DNA of 64,000 nucleotides from Acidimicrobiales bacterium (lineage in GTDB: Bacteria > Actinomycetota > Acidimicrobiia > Acidimicrobiales > Bog-793), in assembly GCA_050013835.1 (NCBI GenBank), contig JBEKEM010000003.1, forward strand, positions 9,710 to 73,709. The letters run 5' to 3'. Both the position numbers and the translations under genes were made by a program. Position 1 is the first letter of the stretch; each line of letters opens with the position of its first letter. Under the pieces are notes generated by a model. That model did not search any database. It saw only the letters and a list, made by a program, of their open reading frames with translations, and had not been told where the DNA came from. Below, piece by piece: positions 37,250 through 45,878 of this stretch.

Positions 37250-38317
37250 CTAGCCCCCGATCATCGACATCGAGCGCGCCGGGCGGATGAACCCGGGCTC
37301 ACCGATCCCGTGTCCGGCCCGCTTGCCCCACACCGCCCGGCGCAGGACGAGCGCGATCTCCTCGTCGGCGGCCCCGCCGCGCAACAGCTCCCGCACCGAA
37401 AGCTCGTCGTCGTTGAAAAGGCAGTTCCGCACGGCTCCGTCCGCCGTCAGCCGCAGGCGGTTGCAGGTCCCGCAGAAAGGCTGGGTGACGGTCGGCACCA
37501 CGCCGATGCGGCCCCGGCCGTCCGTGAAGCGGTAGACGGTGGCCGGCGCCGCGTCCGCGCCCCCGCGCCCGACCGGCTCCAGTGGCGAGTGGGCGCCGAG
37601 GCGCGCGATCACCTCCGCCGAAGGCACGACGGCGTCAGCGTCCCAATGGCCCTCGGCGTCGAGGGGCATGAACTCGATGAACCTCACCTCGCGCCCCGTC
37701 GCCCGGGCGAACTCGGCGAAGTCGACGATCTCGTCGTCGTTCACCCCGCGCTGGAGGACGACGTTCACCTTCACCGGCCGAAGTCCCGCCTCCTCGGCCG
37801 CATCCATCGCCCCGAGCACCCGGGCGAGCTCGCCCCGGCGGCGGATCCTCGCGAAGCGGTCGGCGCGCAACGAATCGCAGCTCACGTTGACGCGGTCGAG
37901 GCCGGCCGCCCGGAGCGCCGGGGCGAGGCGGGCGAGCACGGTGCCGTTCGTCGTGAGCGCGAGGTCCTCGAAGCCGAGGGCGCCCAACCGCTCGACGAGT
38001 CCCACCACGCCGGCCCGGATGAGCGGCTCCCCTCCCGTCACGCGGACCGCTCTGACCCCGAGCGAACGGGTGAGGCGCGCGACACGTTCGATCTCGTCGA
38101 ACGTGAGGATCTCGGCGCGGGGCAGGAAATCCTGGTCCTCGTCTGGCAGGCAGTAAGTGCAGCGGAGGTTGCAGCGGTCGGTCACCGAGATCCGCAGGTC
38201 GTTGTGCACCCTGCCAAACGTGTCGACCAGAGGTCCCTCGACGGGCATCGCGGAAAAGTCCCGGCGCACCTCCGGTCGGCGGCCGAGACGAACGGGGGTC
38301 GCCACGCCCGCCGTCAC
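37250..38317 (-). CDS. moaA: GTP 3',8-cyclase MoaA (radical SAM)
   Basis: 'DRCNLRCTYC', 'VRVTGGEPL', C-terminal 'CGTCNRLRLTADG', ends in GG. GTG at 38317 follows GGGGGAGGAGGG and overlaps the moeA stop. The ATG at 38248 is an alternative. Confidence 0.9.
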   Translation of the reverse strand: MTAGVATPVRLGRRPEVRRDFSAMPVEGPLVDTFGRVHNDLRISVTDRCNLRCTYCLPDEDQDFLPRAEILTFDEIERVARLTRSLGVRAVRVTGGEPLIRAGVVGLVERLGALGFEDLALTTNGTVLARLAPALRAAGLDRVNVSCDSLRADRFARIRRRGELARVLGAMDAAEEAGLRPVKVNVVLQRGVNDDEIVDFAEFARATGREVRFIEFMPLDAEGHWDADAVVPSAEVIARLGAHSPLEPVGRGGADAAPATVYRFTDGRGRIGVVPTVTQPFCGTCNRLRLTADGAVRNCLFNDDELSVRELLRGGAADEEIALVLRRAVWGKRAGHGIGEPGFIRPARSMSMIGG

Positions 38318-39681
38318 GGCGCGCCCTCCTCCCCCGCCGGCGCCAGGCCGTCGGCGTCGAGCAACATCACCCGGACGCGGGCCCCGCGCCTCACGCCCTC
38401 GCCGTCGGGGAGGAGTGCCAGGGCGTTGGCCTCCGCCATCGCCCGGAGCAGGTGGGAAGCCTGCCGTCCGGAAGACCGCACGTGCACCCTGCCGTCCGTG
38501 TCGAACCGGGCACAGACCCGCGCGAGGTGCAGCTTGCCGTCCAGGGCCCGACCGAGGTCTTCGTCGGCGACGGCGTCCACGGCCGGCCGGTCGAGCTGGC
38601 GGTGTCCCGCGATGCGTCGCAGCGCCGGGCGCACGAAGAGCTCGAACGAGACCAGCGAGGACACCGGATTCCCCGGCAGTCCGAACACCGGCGTGCCCGA
38701 GGCGGCGAGCACGCCGAAGGCGAACGGTTTCGCCGGCTTGATCGCCACCTGCATCCATCGCATCTGCCCGTCGGTCAGCTTGTCGAGCACGACCTTCACG
38801 TAGTCGCGGTCCCCGACGCTCACCCCACCGGAGGTGACCACGACGTCACAGGCGGTCGCGGCGCCCGTGAGCGCCTCGGCGAGACGCGCCTCGTCGTCGG
38901 CGACGATTCCCAGATCGACCGCCGGGAAGCCAGACGCCTGTACCAGGGCGAGCAGCGCCGGGCGGTTGGCGTCACGGACTTGGCCGGGCCGCAGGCGTTC
39001 GCCGAGGGGGACAAGCTCGTCACCGGTCGAGAGGACCCCCACCCGCGGGCGTCGGTGCACAAGAACGGCCCCTTTCCCGAGGCTCGCCAGCACGCCCAAC
39101 TGCGACGGGCCTAGAACGGTCCCCGGCCGGATCACGACCTCGCCGGCCGCGATGTCCTCCCCGGCGCGACGGACGTACTCACCTGGTTCGACGGATCCGT
39201 GCACGACGACGGAACCGTCATCCTCGGTCGTCGTCCGCTCGACCATGCACACCGCGTCGGCACCGGCGGGAATCGGCGCGCCGGTCATGATCCGCACCGC
39301 CTCACCCGACCCGACGGTCATCCCCCCCACCTGACCGGCCATGACCGATCCGACGACTCTCAGGTGGGTCTCGCCGGCGGCGGTGTCGGCGGCGACGAGG
39401 GCGTACCCGTCCATCTGCGAGTTCTCGAACGGCGGCACGGGCCCGTCGGCGACAACGCGCTCGGCGGCGACGGATCCCAGGGCCTCGCCGAGGGGCAGTC
39501 GGACCGGCGGCGCCGGCGCGACGGCCGACAGGACGAGGCGGCGGGCGTCGGCGAGCGGGATCAACGGCCGGCCGTGCCCGCGTCGCCGACGGGTGACGCT
39601 TCCTCGACGCGCATTCGGCCGCTCACACCCCCGCTGAGACGATGCCCACGACCGAACTTCGAGCGGTCGCCACCTGGTCAT
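38314..39681 (-). CDS. moeA: molybdopterin molybdotransferase MoeA
   Basis: 'PPFENSQMDGYA', 'TGAPIPAGADAV', 'VTSGGVSVGDRDY', 'VAIKPAKP', 'GLPGNPVSS'. The first 39 codons have lower third-position GC, so the TTG at 39564 may be the true start. Confidence 0.85.
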   Translation of the reverse strand: MTRWRPLEVRSWASSQRGCERPNARRGSVTRRRRGHGRPLIPLADARRLVLSAVAPAPPVRLPLGEALGSVAAERVVADGPVPPFENSQMDGYALVAADTAAGETHLRVVGSVMAGQVGGMTVGSGEAVRIMTGAPIPAGADAVCMVERTTTEDDGSVVVHGSVEPGEYVRRAGEDIAAGEVVIRPGTVLGPSQLGVLASLGKGAVLVHRRPRVGVLSTGDELVPLGERLRPGQVRDANRPALLALVQASGFPAVDLGIVADDEARLAEALTGAATACDVVVTSGGVSVGDRDYVKVVLDKLTDGQMRWMQVAIKPAKPFAFGVLAASGTPVFGLPGNPVSSLVSFELFVRPALRRIAGHRQLDRPAVDAVADEDLGRALDGKLHLARVCARFDTDGRVHVRSSGRQASHLLRAMAEANALALLPDGEGVRRGARVRVMLLDADGLAPAGEEGAP

Positions 39682-39783
39682 CCTATCGACACACCTCCGC
39701 GAGACCGCCCGTCGGCAGGGCCCGACAAGCCGGCTGGCCGGCGCGGCGACGAGCCTGGGACGCCCGTCGGGAGTCCGTCACTT

Positions 39784-41598
39784 TCAGGCTTCCCGCGGCC
39801 AGACGGCGACCGCCTCGACCGGCAGCCCGACGCGACAGCGCGCGCCGACGATCACGCCCTCGGCGCCCGATCCCCGTGCCCGCAGCACGAGCCCGTCGCC
39901 GAGATCCAGCGCGACCTCGCGGTTGGAGCCGAGATCGAGAACGTCGACGACGAGCGCCTCGACGTCCCCCTCCGATCCGACCACCACCTGCTCGGGCCGG
40001 ATGCACCACCACAATGGTGCGCCGGGAGCCAGCCCGTCGGTCCGCGCCTCGAACACCGCGTCGCCGCACACGACCCCGCCGGAAACGCGGGCGGTCCCGG
40101 GGAGGAGGTTGGCGATGCCGAGCAGGCGCGCCACCTCCGGCGAGGACGGCCTCCCGAAGACCTCGCGCCGGGTCCCGGCCTGGAGCAGGCGCCCTTCGGC
40201 GATGACCATCACCTCCGTCGCGAGCAGCGCCGCCTCCTCTGGGTCGTGGGTGACGAGGACGGTCGCGATCCCCGTCTCGCGCTGCAGCTGGCGCAGCTCC
40301 CGGCGGAGATCGGCGCGCACCGGCGCGTCGAGCGCCGAGAACGGCTCGTCGAGCAGGAGCAGCTGCGGCGAGCGGCTCAGGGCTTGGGCGAGGCCAACCC
40401 GCTGGCGCTGCCCACCCGACAGCTCGTTCGGCAGTCGGTTCTCGAGACCGGCGAGACCGAGCCGTGCGAGCCAGTAGGCGGCGACGGCGGGATCCGCGCC
40501 CGACCCGAAGAGCAGCTGCCCCCAGACCGTGAGATGCGGCAGCAGGGCGACGCCCTGGGGCAGGTAGCCGATACGGCGCTCCTCGACGGGCAGGCGCGAC
40601 ACGTCCCGGTCCCCGTAGTGGACGGGACCCGGCGAGGCGCCGTAGAGGCCGGCGAGGCAGCGCATCGTCGCCGTCTTGCCCGATCCCGACGGTCCGAGGA
40701 TGGCGAGTTGCGTCCCGGCACCCTCGTGCGCGAGCCGGAGATGGAACGAGCCGAGGCGGAGCCGGAGGTCGAATGCGACCGGCCGGCCCTCGACTGCGGG
40801 GGGTGCGGCGGGTGGGGGAAGCTGCCGCACGACCCGCCGTCGAGGACGGGGCCGGACGCGGGTGAGGGTGACGACGACCACGGCGAGCCCGAGGGCGAGG
40901 GCCGTCGGCGCCTCGGTCCCCGCCAGCCCGCTGGCGCTGAACTGCACCGAGGTGAAGATCGGCAGCGTGTACGGGTGGTAGGCGAGGATGACGGTCGCCC
41001 CGTACTCGCCGAGCGCGCGCAACCAGGCGAGCAGCAACCCCGCCCGGATCCCCTCGGCCGCGCCCGGCAGGCCGACCTTCCAGAACCGTGCCAGCTCCCG
41101 GTGGCCGAGCCCGGCGGCGAGGTCGAACAGCGCCGGGTCGATGCCACCGAAGGCGGAGCGCGCCACGAGGACGAGGAAGGGCGAGGCGACGAAGGTCTGG
41201 GCCAGCACGATGCCGGCCATCGAGTCGGTCAGGTTGCCGTTGAACATGCTCCCGAGCGTCGTGTACGGCCCGACGATGTAGATGAGGAGGATCCCCGCCA
41301 TGAGCGGCGGCAGCGCCAGCGGGAGCGACACGACGAGGGTGACGAGAGAGGACCACCGGGACCTCGAGCGGGCGAGCAGGTAGGCGAGCGGGATCCCGAA
41401 GGCGGCGATCAGCAGTGTCGAGATCGTCGCCGTGATGGCCGACGTGTAGAGGGCCGGGTAGAGGCCCGGCACCGAGAACCCCCGCTGGTGCGAGGTCGCG
41501 AGCCGGTCGACGAAGGCACCGAGCGGGACGGCGAGGTAGAGCGCGAGCAGACCGCCGAGAACCAGCAACGGGCTGTTGCGCCATGCTCGCCGCCCCAC
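39784..41598 (-). CDS. modBC: fused molybdate ABC transporter permease (ModB) - ATPase (ModC) - TOBE protein
   Basis: An N-terminal membrane domain of about 230 aa comes first. The ATPase follows with 'GPSGSGKTA', 'LSGGQRQRV', 'LLLDEPFSALD'. The C-terminus has a TOBE-like beta domain. Confidence 0.85.
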   Translation of the reverse strand: MGRRAWRNSPLLVLGGLLALYLAVPLGAFVDRLATSHQRGFSVPGLYPALYTSAITATISTLLIAAFGIPLAYLLARSRSRWSSLVTLVVSLPLALPPLMAGILLIYIVGPYTTLGSMFNGNLTDSMAGIVLAQTFVASPFLVLVARSAFGGIDPALFDLAAGLGHRELARFWKVGLPGAAEGIRAGLLLAWLRALGEYGATVILAYHPYTLPIFTSVQFSASGLAGTEAPTALALGLAVVVVTLTRVRPRPRRRVVRQLPPPAAPPAVEGRPVAFDLRLRLGSFHLRLAHEGAGTQLAILGPSGSGKTATMRCLAGLYGASPGPVHYGDRDVSRLPVEERRIGYLPQGVALLPHLTVWGQLLFGSGADPAVAAYWLARLGLAGLENRLPNELSGGQRQRVGLAQALSRSPQLLLLDEPFSALDAPVRADLRRELRQLQRETGIATVLVTHDPEEAALLATEVMVIAEGRLLQAGTRREVFGRPSSPEVARLLGIANLLPGTARVSGGVVCGDAVFEARTDGLAPGAPLWWCIRPEQVVVGSEGDVEALVVDVLDLGSNREVALDLGDGLVLRARGSGAEGVIVGARCRVGLPVEAVAVWPREA

Positions 41599-41614
41599 GC
41601 CGACGGAGCCTTCC

Positions 41615-42571
41615 CTAGGAGACGAGCGACCGCAGCTGCATCGGCACCGCGGAGTTCGGCCCGGAAAGGATCGCCGGGGAGTCGACCGTGAGACCGAAGC
41701 CGCGCAGGATCGCCGATCCCTTGGCGCCCAGCAGGAACTTCACGAAGGCGACCGCCCCGTCCTCGTGTGGCGCCCGGTTCACGACGGTGACCACGTAGGG
41801 GTTCGTGAGCGTGATCGAGCCGAGCGTGACCGTCGGGATCTTGGCCGCCTCGGCCTCGACCCCGAAAAAGAACGCCCCGTCGAGCTGGCCGGCCTGGAGG
41901 CGACCGACGAGGTCCTCCTCGGGGAAGACGTCGGAGGTCTCGGTGGCGAGCACTCGGAGCGTCGGCATCCTCTCCGACCTCGCGACCTCATCGAGGGCCG
42001 TCGCGGCGAGGACGCCCTTCGGGTCGATGACCGGGTCGGTGCGCCCGAGCCTGAAACCCGGCATGGTGACGACCTTGAACCACGGCTCGATCTTGAAGTA
42101 CTTGGCGAAACGGCTTTGCGGGTTGTAGCCGAGGAGGAGGGGCGTCGTCCCGAACTGCGCGTACCAGGAGACCCAGTCGCCGTTTCGTGCGCCCTCGAGC
42201 GAGACCGCCGACTTCGAACCGGCACTGACGAAGACGTCCGCCTTCTGGGTCTCGCCCTGGATCTCGGTGGCGAGCGCCGACGAGCCGGCGGAGAAGCCGA
42301 CGAACGAGTAGCCGGTCGCCCTGTCGAAGGCGGTGCTGACCTTGGCCATCGTGTCGACGAGGGACCCGGCGTAAAGGACGTACACCGGCCCGCCACGCGA
42401 GCTCGAGGCGACGACGGGGCCGGAGCCGGGGATCACCGCCGCGAGCCCGAAGACGGCCCCGGCGGCCATGGCCGCCACCGCCCACCCCGTCGCCCGCTGC
42501 CGCGGCCAGCCAGGCGCCCCGAACGCGAGATGCTGCCCGTGAACCGGCGAGTGCTGTGCAGGTAAGGACAT
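41615..42571 (-). CDS. modA: molybdate/tungstate-binding periplasmic protein
   Basis: 'VYVLYAGSL...FVGFSAGSSALATEI...ADVFVSAG'. It has an N-terminal signal-like segment. ATG at 42571. Confidence 0.8.
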   Translation of the reverse strand: MSLPAQHSPVHGQHLAFGAPGWPRQRATGWAVAAMAAGAVFGLAAVIPGSGPVVASSSRGGPVYVLYAGSLVDTMAKVSTAFDRATGYSFVGFSAGSSALATEIQGETQKADVFVSAGSKSAVSLEGARNGDWVSWYAQFGTTPLLLGYNPQSRFAKYFKIEPWFKVVTMPGFRLGRTDPVIDPKGVLAATALDEVARSERMPTLRVLATETSDVFPEEDLVGRLQAGQLDGAFFFGVEAEAAKIPTVTLGSITLTNPYVVTVVNRAPHEDGAVAFVKFLLGAKGSAILRGFGLTVDSPAILSGPNSAVPMQLRSLVS

Positions 42572-42611
42572 GCCCGGCCCCGTTCCACTAATCAACTTGT
42601 GACTAGTGAAC

Positions 42612-43199
42612 CTAGCCCGGCACATCCCGGCGCGGTGCCGTGCCCACCGACCCGGCGCCACCCTCCCGCGCCTCGATCAGCCCGGCGAGGAAGCTCGCCA
42701 GCGCCTCCGCCGAGCTGAGCCGCCAGCGCGCGAGCGTCGCTTCGAAGCCCTCGGCCCCGGCGAGCTGGTGTCGCAGCCCGACGAGGATCGGGTCGAGCCG
42801 CGCCGCCTGGACTTCGAGGAGCCCCCGGGGATCCCGGCCGGCACGGTCGATGAGCAGCAGCTTCACCAGCAGCTCCGACCGGGCGTCGCGCACGTGCGCC
42901 ACCGGCTCGGCGAGCCAGGCTTCGAGCGCCGCTCGCCCCTCCGGCGTCGCCTCGACGAGGCGCCGCTCGGGACCGCGCTCGCCGGGGACCGAGCCGAGTT
43001 CGCGCACGAGCCCCGCGGCCACGAGCGAGGCGAGCGCCCGGTAGACGAGCGGCCGCGGGACAGTCCAGATCGTCCCGATCGTGCCGTTGGGCGCGCAGGC
43101 CCGGCTGAGCGCGAAGCCATGCGTCTCGCCCTCCGCGACGAGCCCCAACACGGCCCACTCGCCAAGCGACAGGTCCTTCGGCGGTGTCACCGGCGCCAC
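42612..43199 (-). CDS. PadR family transcriptional regulator
   Basis: Winged-HTH region 'LGEWAVLGLVAEGETHGFALS...VYRALASLVAAGLV' with a long helical C-terminal domain. Confidence 0.8.
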   Translation of the reverse strand: MAPVTPPKDLSLGEWAVLGLVAEGETHGFALSRACAPNGTIGTIWTVPRPLVYRALASLVAAGLVRELGSVPGERGPERRLVEATPEGRAALEAWLAEPVAHVRDARSELLVKLLLIDRAGRDPRGLLEVQAARLDPILVGLRHQLAGAEGFEATLARWRLSSAEALASFLAGLIEAREGGAGSVGTAPRRDVPG

Positions 43200-43200
43200 C

Positions 43201-43461
43201 CTAGGTGCCTCTACACCGGGGGTCGCGGCCGTGGCGAAACCCGGGGTCCGGCTCCCGCCTGACGACCACGATGGAAGTGGAGGCGATCACCGCTCGAACC
43301 CCGTCCCCGGCGACAGAAGGAAGCGTCGCGGCGGAGCCCCCGGTGATCACCGCGACCACCTCCCAGCCGACGGCGAGTCTGATCGTGACGACACACGTGA
43401 CCGCTCCCGGCCCGACGCAAACGACCGTGGCGGACAGCTGACTCCGGGCGCTGATCCTCAT
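43201..43461 (-). CDS. stand-alone Mop/TOBE domain molybdate-binding protein
   Basis: 'MRISARSQLSATVVCVGPGAVTCVVTIRLAVGWEVVAVITGGSAATL...GDGVRAVIASTSIVVV' matches the TOBE/Mop pattern. The stop lies 1 nt before the PadR start. Confidence 0.75.
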   Translation of the reverse strand: MRISARSQLSATVVCVGPGAVTCVVTIRLAVGWEVVAVITGGSAATLPSVAGDGVRAVIASTSIVVVRREPDPGFRHGRDPRCRGT

Positions 43462-43600
43462 TCCCGGAGAGAATCTTCCCTGGTCATCAGGTTGTCGCTG
43501 CTGCGGCGACACTCGGCAGGACCCTTGTAACGGGTAGGGTGGGAACCTACGCTCCCTGGGCCGATCGCGGCCGAAAGACCGTGGAAGGAGCAGGCCCGCA

Positions 43601-45292
43601 ATGTTGAGCGCCCTCGAAATCGCCCGCCAAGCCGAGCTGCAACCCATCGAGGAGATCGCCGACCAGATGGGGATCGGCCGCCATCTGCTCGAGCACTACG
43701 GCCAGAGCGTCGCGAAGATCAAGCTCGAGGCCATCGAGGAGCTGGCCGACCGGCCCCGCGCCCGCTACGTCGTCGTCTCGGCGGTGAGCCCGACGCCGTT
43801 CGGCGAAGGCAAGACGACGATGACCCTCGGCCTCGGCCAGGCGATGCGCCTCATCGGCAAGCGCGGAACCGTGGCGATCCGCCAGGGCTCGATGGGACCG
43901 ACGTTCGGCATCAAGGGGGCGGCCGCCGGCGGCGGCTACAGCCAGGCCGTGCCCTTCGAGACGCTGGCGCTCAGCCTCACGGGGGACATGCACGCCGTCA
44001 CGGCGGCCCACAACATGCTGGCCGCGATCATCGACAACCACATCTACCAGGGAAACGATCTCGGCATCGATGTCCATGACGTCACCTGGCGACGTGTCCT
44101 CGACGTTGACGACCGGTCGCTGCGCAACGTCATCATCGGTCTCGGGGGCAGGGTCGACGGGATCCCGCGCCAGACCGGGTTCGATATCACCGCCGCCTCG
44201 GAGGTGATGGCGGTCCTCGCCCTGTCGAGTTCGCTCGTCGACATGCGGGCCCGCCTCGGCCGGATGATCGTCGGCTACACCCGGGCCGGCGAGCCGGTCA
44301 CCGCCGACGAGCTGCGGGGGGCGGGGGCAATGACGGTCATCATGCGCGACGCCCTCAAGCCGAACCTGCTGCAGACCCTCGAGAACACGCCGGTGATGGT
44401 GCACGCCGGGCCGTTCGGCAACATCGCCCACGGATCCTCGTCGATCGTCGCCGACCTGATCGGCATCCACTGCGGCGACTACCTCATCACCGAGGCCGGT
44501 TTCGGCGCCGACATGGGGGCGGAACGCTTCTTCAACATCAAGTGCCGGACCTCCGGCCTCGAGCCCGACGCCGCGGTCGTCGTCGCGACCGTCCGCGCCC
44601 TCAAGGTGCAGTCCGGGCGGCACCGCGTCGTCACCGGGCGGCCGCTGCCGGAGGCGCTGCTCGCCGAGAACGTCGACGACGTCCAGGCGGGGGCGGCCAA
44701 CCTCGCCAAGCAGATCGAGAACATCCGCTGCCACGGTGTCACCCCGGTCGTCGCGATCAACGCCCTGCCGAGCGACTTCCCCTCCGAGCACCGGGCGATC
44801 CAGGAGATCGCGGAGTCCCTCGGCGTGCGGGTCGCGCTCTGCCAGCCGTTCACCGAGGGCGGCAAGGGTGTCGTCGAGCTCGCTGAAGCGGTCGTGGCGG
44901 CCGCCGAGGAGCCGAGCCAGTTCCAGCTCCTCTACCCGGCCGAGATGACGCTGCGGCAGAAGATCGAGACGATCGCCGCGCGGATCTACGGCGCCGAGGG
45001 CGTCGACTACTCCCCCACCGCCCAGCGCCAGCTCTCCCGCTACGAGGCGCACGGACTGGGGAGCCTGCCGATCTGCGTCGCCAAGACCCAGTACTCGCTC
45101 TCGGCGGACCCGACCCTGTACGGTGCGCCGACCGGTTGGCGCCTCCCCGTGCGGGAGGTGCGGGCGTCGGTCGGCGCGGGTTTCATCTACCCGATCTGCG
45201 GCGACATGTCGACCATGCCGGGGCTCAGCTCGACGCCCTCGGCCTACGAGATCGACATCAACGACCAGGGCGAGATCGTCGGGCTGTCCTGA
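43601..45292 (+). CDS. fhs: formate--tetrahydrofolate ligase
   Basis: 'PTPFGEGKTTMTLGL', 'GPTFGIKGAAAGGGY', 'HAGPFGNIAHG'. 563 aa. Confidence 0.92.
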   Translation: MLSALEIARQAELQPIEEIADQMGIGRHLLEHYGQSVAKIKLEAIEELADRPRARYVVVSAVSPTPFGEGKTTMTLGLGQAMRLIGKRGTVAIRQGSMGPTFGIKGAAAGGGYSQAVPFETLALSLTGDMHAVTAAHNMLAAIIDNHIYQGNDLGIDVHDVTWRRVLDVDDRSLRNVIIGLGGRVDGIPRQTGFDITAASEVMAVLALSSSLVDMRARLGRMIVGYTRAGEPVTADELRGAGAMTVIMRDALKPNLLQTLENTPVMVHAGPFGNIAHGSSSIVADLIGIHCGDYLITEAGFGADMGAERFFNIKCRTSGLEPDAAVVVATVRALKVQSGRHRVVTGRPLPEALLAENVDDVQAGAANLAKQIENIRCHGVTPVVAINALPSDFPSEHRAIQEIAESLGVRVALCQPFTEGGKGVVELAEAVVAAAEEPSQFQLLYPAEMTLRQKIETIAARIYGAEGVDYSPTAQRQLSRYEAHGLGSLPICVAKTQYSLSADPTLYGAPTGWRLPVREVRASVGAGFIYPICGDMSTMPGLSSTPSAYEIDINDQGEIVGLS

Positions 45293-45303
45293 GGGTTGGG
45301 GTA

Positions 45304-45324
45304 GGCGCGCCCCGATGGCGCGCC
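45304..45324 (+). terminator. stem-loop after fhs
   Basis: GGCGCGCC-ccgat-GGCGCGCC forms an 8-bp GC stem 12 nt after the fhs stop. There is no U-tract. Confidence 0.4.
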
Positions 45325-45818
45325 GCTCGAGCTCGGCGCACCCGGCACACGGACAGGGCCAGGGGTTCCTGGGCGCCTGATTCCGGTTGGCGCGGGTCCG
45401 TCGTGGGGCGACGGGAGAAAGCGGGCCGTGGTGGCCGCGACCAGCTCGCCTTCCGACCGGGGTCGCCCGCCAGGCCCGCCTCGGACGAAAAACCGCTGCA
45501 ACCACGCCTCACCGCCCAACGACCGCGCCGGGCCCTGCACCCTCGGGGCGGACGCGACCCGTCGCCTTCCTCATCCCGCCCTTCCTCCGGGAGCCAATCG
45601 CTCGAGGCCGGCGACGTTCGGGCGCCGGCGGCGGGAGCGTCGTCGGGGTGCCGTTCCCGCACGTCGAGGAAGTGGACGTGCCGTGAGATGCCGCGGGTGA
45701 TCCACGCCTTGTCTGCCCCGAAGAAGGCCGTTCGCCCCTCCGGGCCACGGGTCGGTCAACGCGGATCAAGGCGACGTCCTCGAGTCGAAGCTGGCGGGCG
45801 ACGGCCGAGCTATATAGG

Positions 45819-45845
45819 GTATGTCCATCGCTTCCATTGACATAC
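45819..45845 (+). promoter_or_regulatory. inverted repeat overlapping a -35-like TTGACA upstream of cysK
   Basis: GTATGTC-N13-GACATAC lies in the only AT-rich patch of the 586-nt fhs-cysK spacer. TTGACA is at 45837-45842, 37 nt before the cysK ATG. Confidence 0.35.
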
Positions 45846-45878
45846 TTCTGAAGGACACGCCCAGGCGGTCGGAAAGGC

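Noticed and set aside
39199-41691. 830-aa plus-strand ORF and 633-aa minus-strand ORF (39683..41584) over the mod region
   Set aside because: Both are low-complexity Arg/Pro/Gly frames. The third frame (39784..41598) has clear ABC permease and ATPase motifs.
43462-43600. Possible ZTP (pfl) or folate riboswitch upstream of fhs
   Set aside because: I looked for the conserved 'GGGUCGUGAC ... CCGCCUGGGC' elements. I found only loose resemblance ('ggtgggaacctac', 'ccctgggcc'), and the space is only 140 nt and shared with a divergent promoter. It would need an Infernal scan to revisit.
43547-45505. 652-aa minus-strand ORF
   Set aside because: It is antisense to formate-THF ligase, which has unmistakable motifs. 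The composition is typical of a GC-rich shadow frame.
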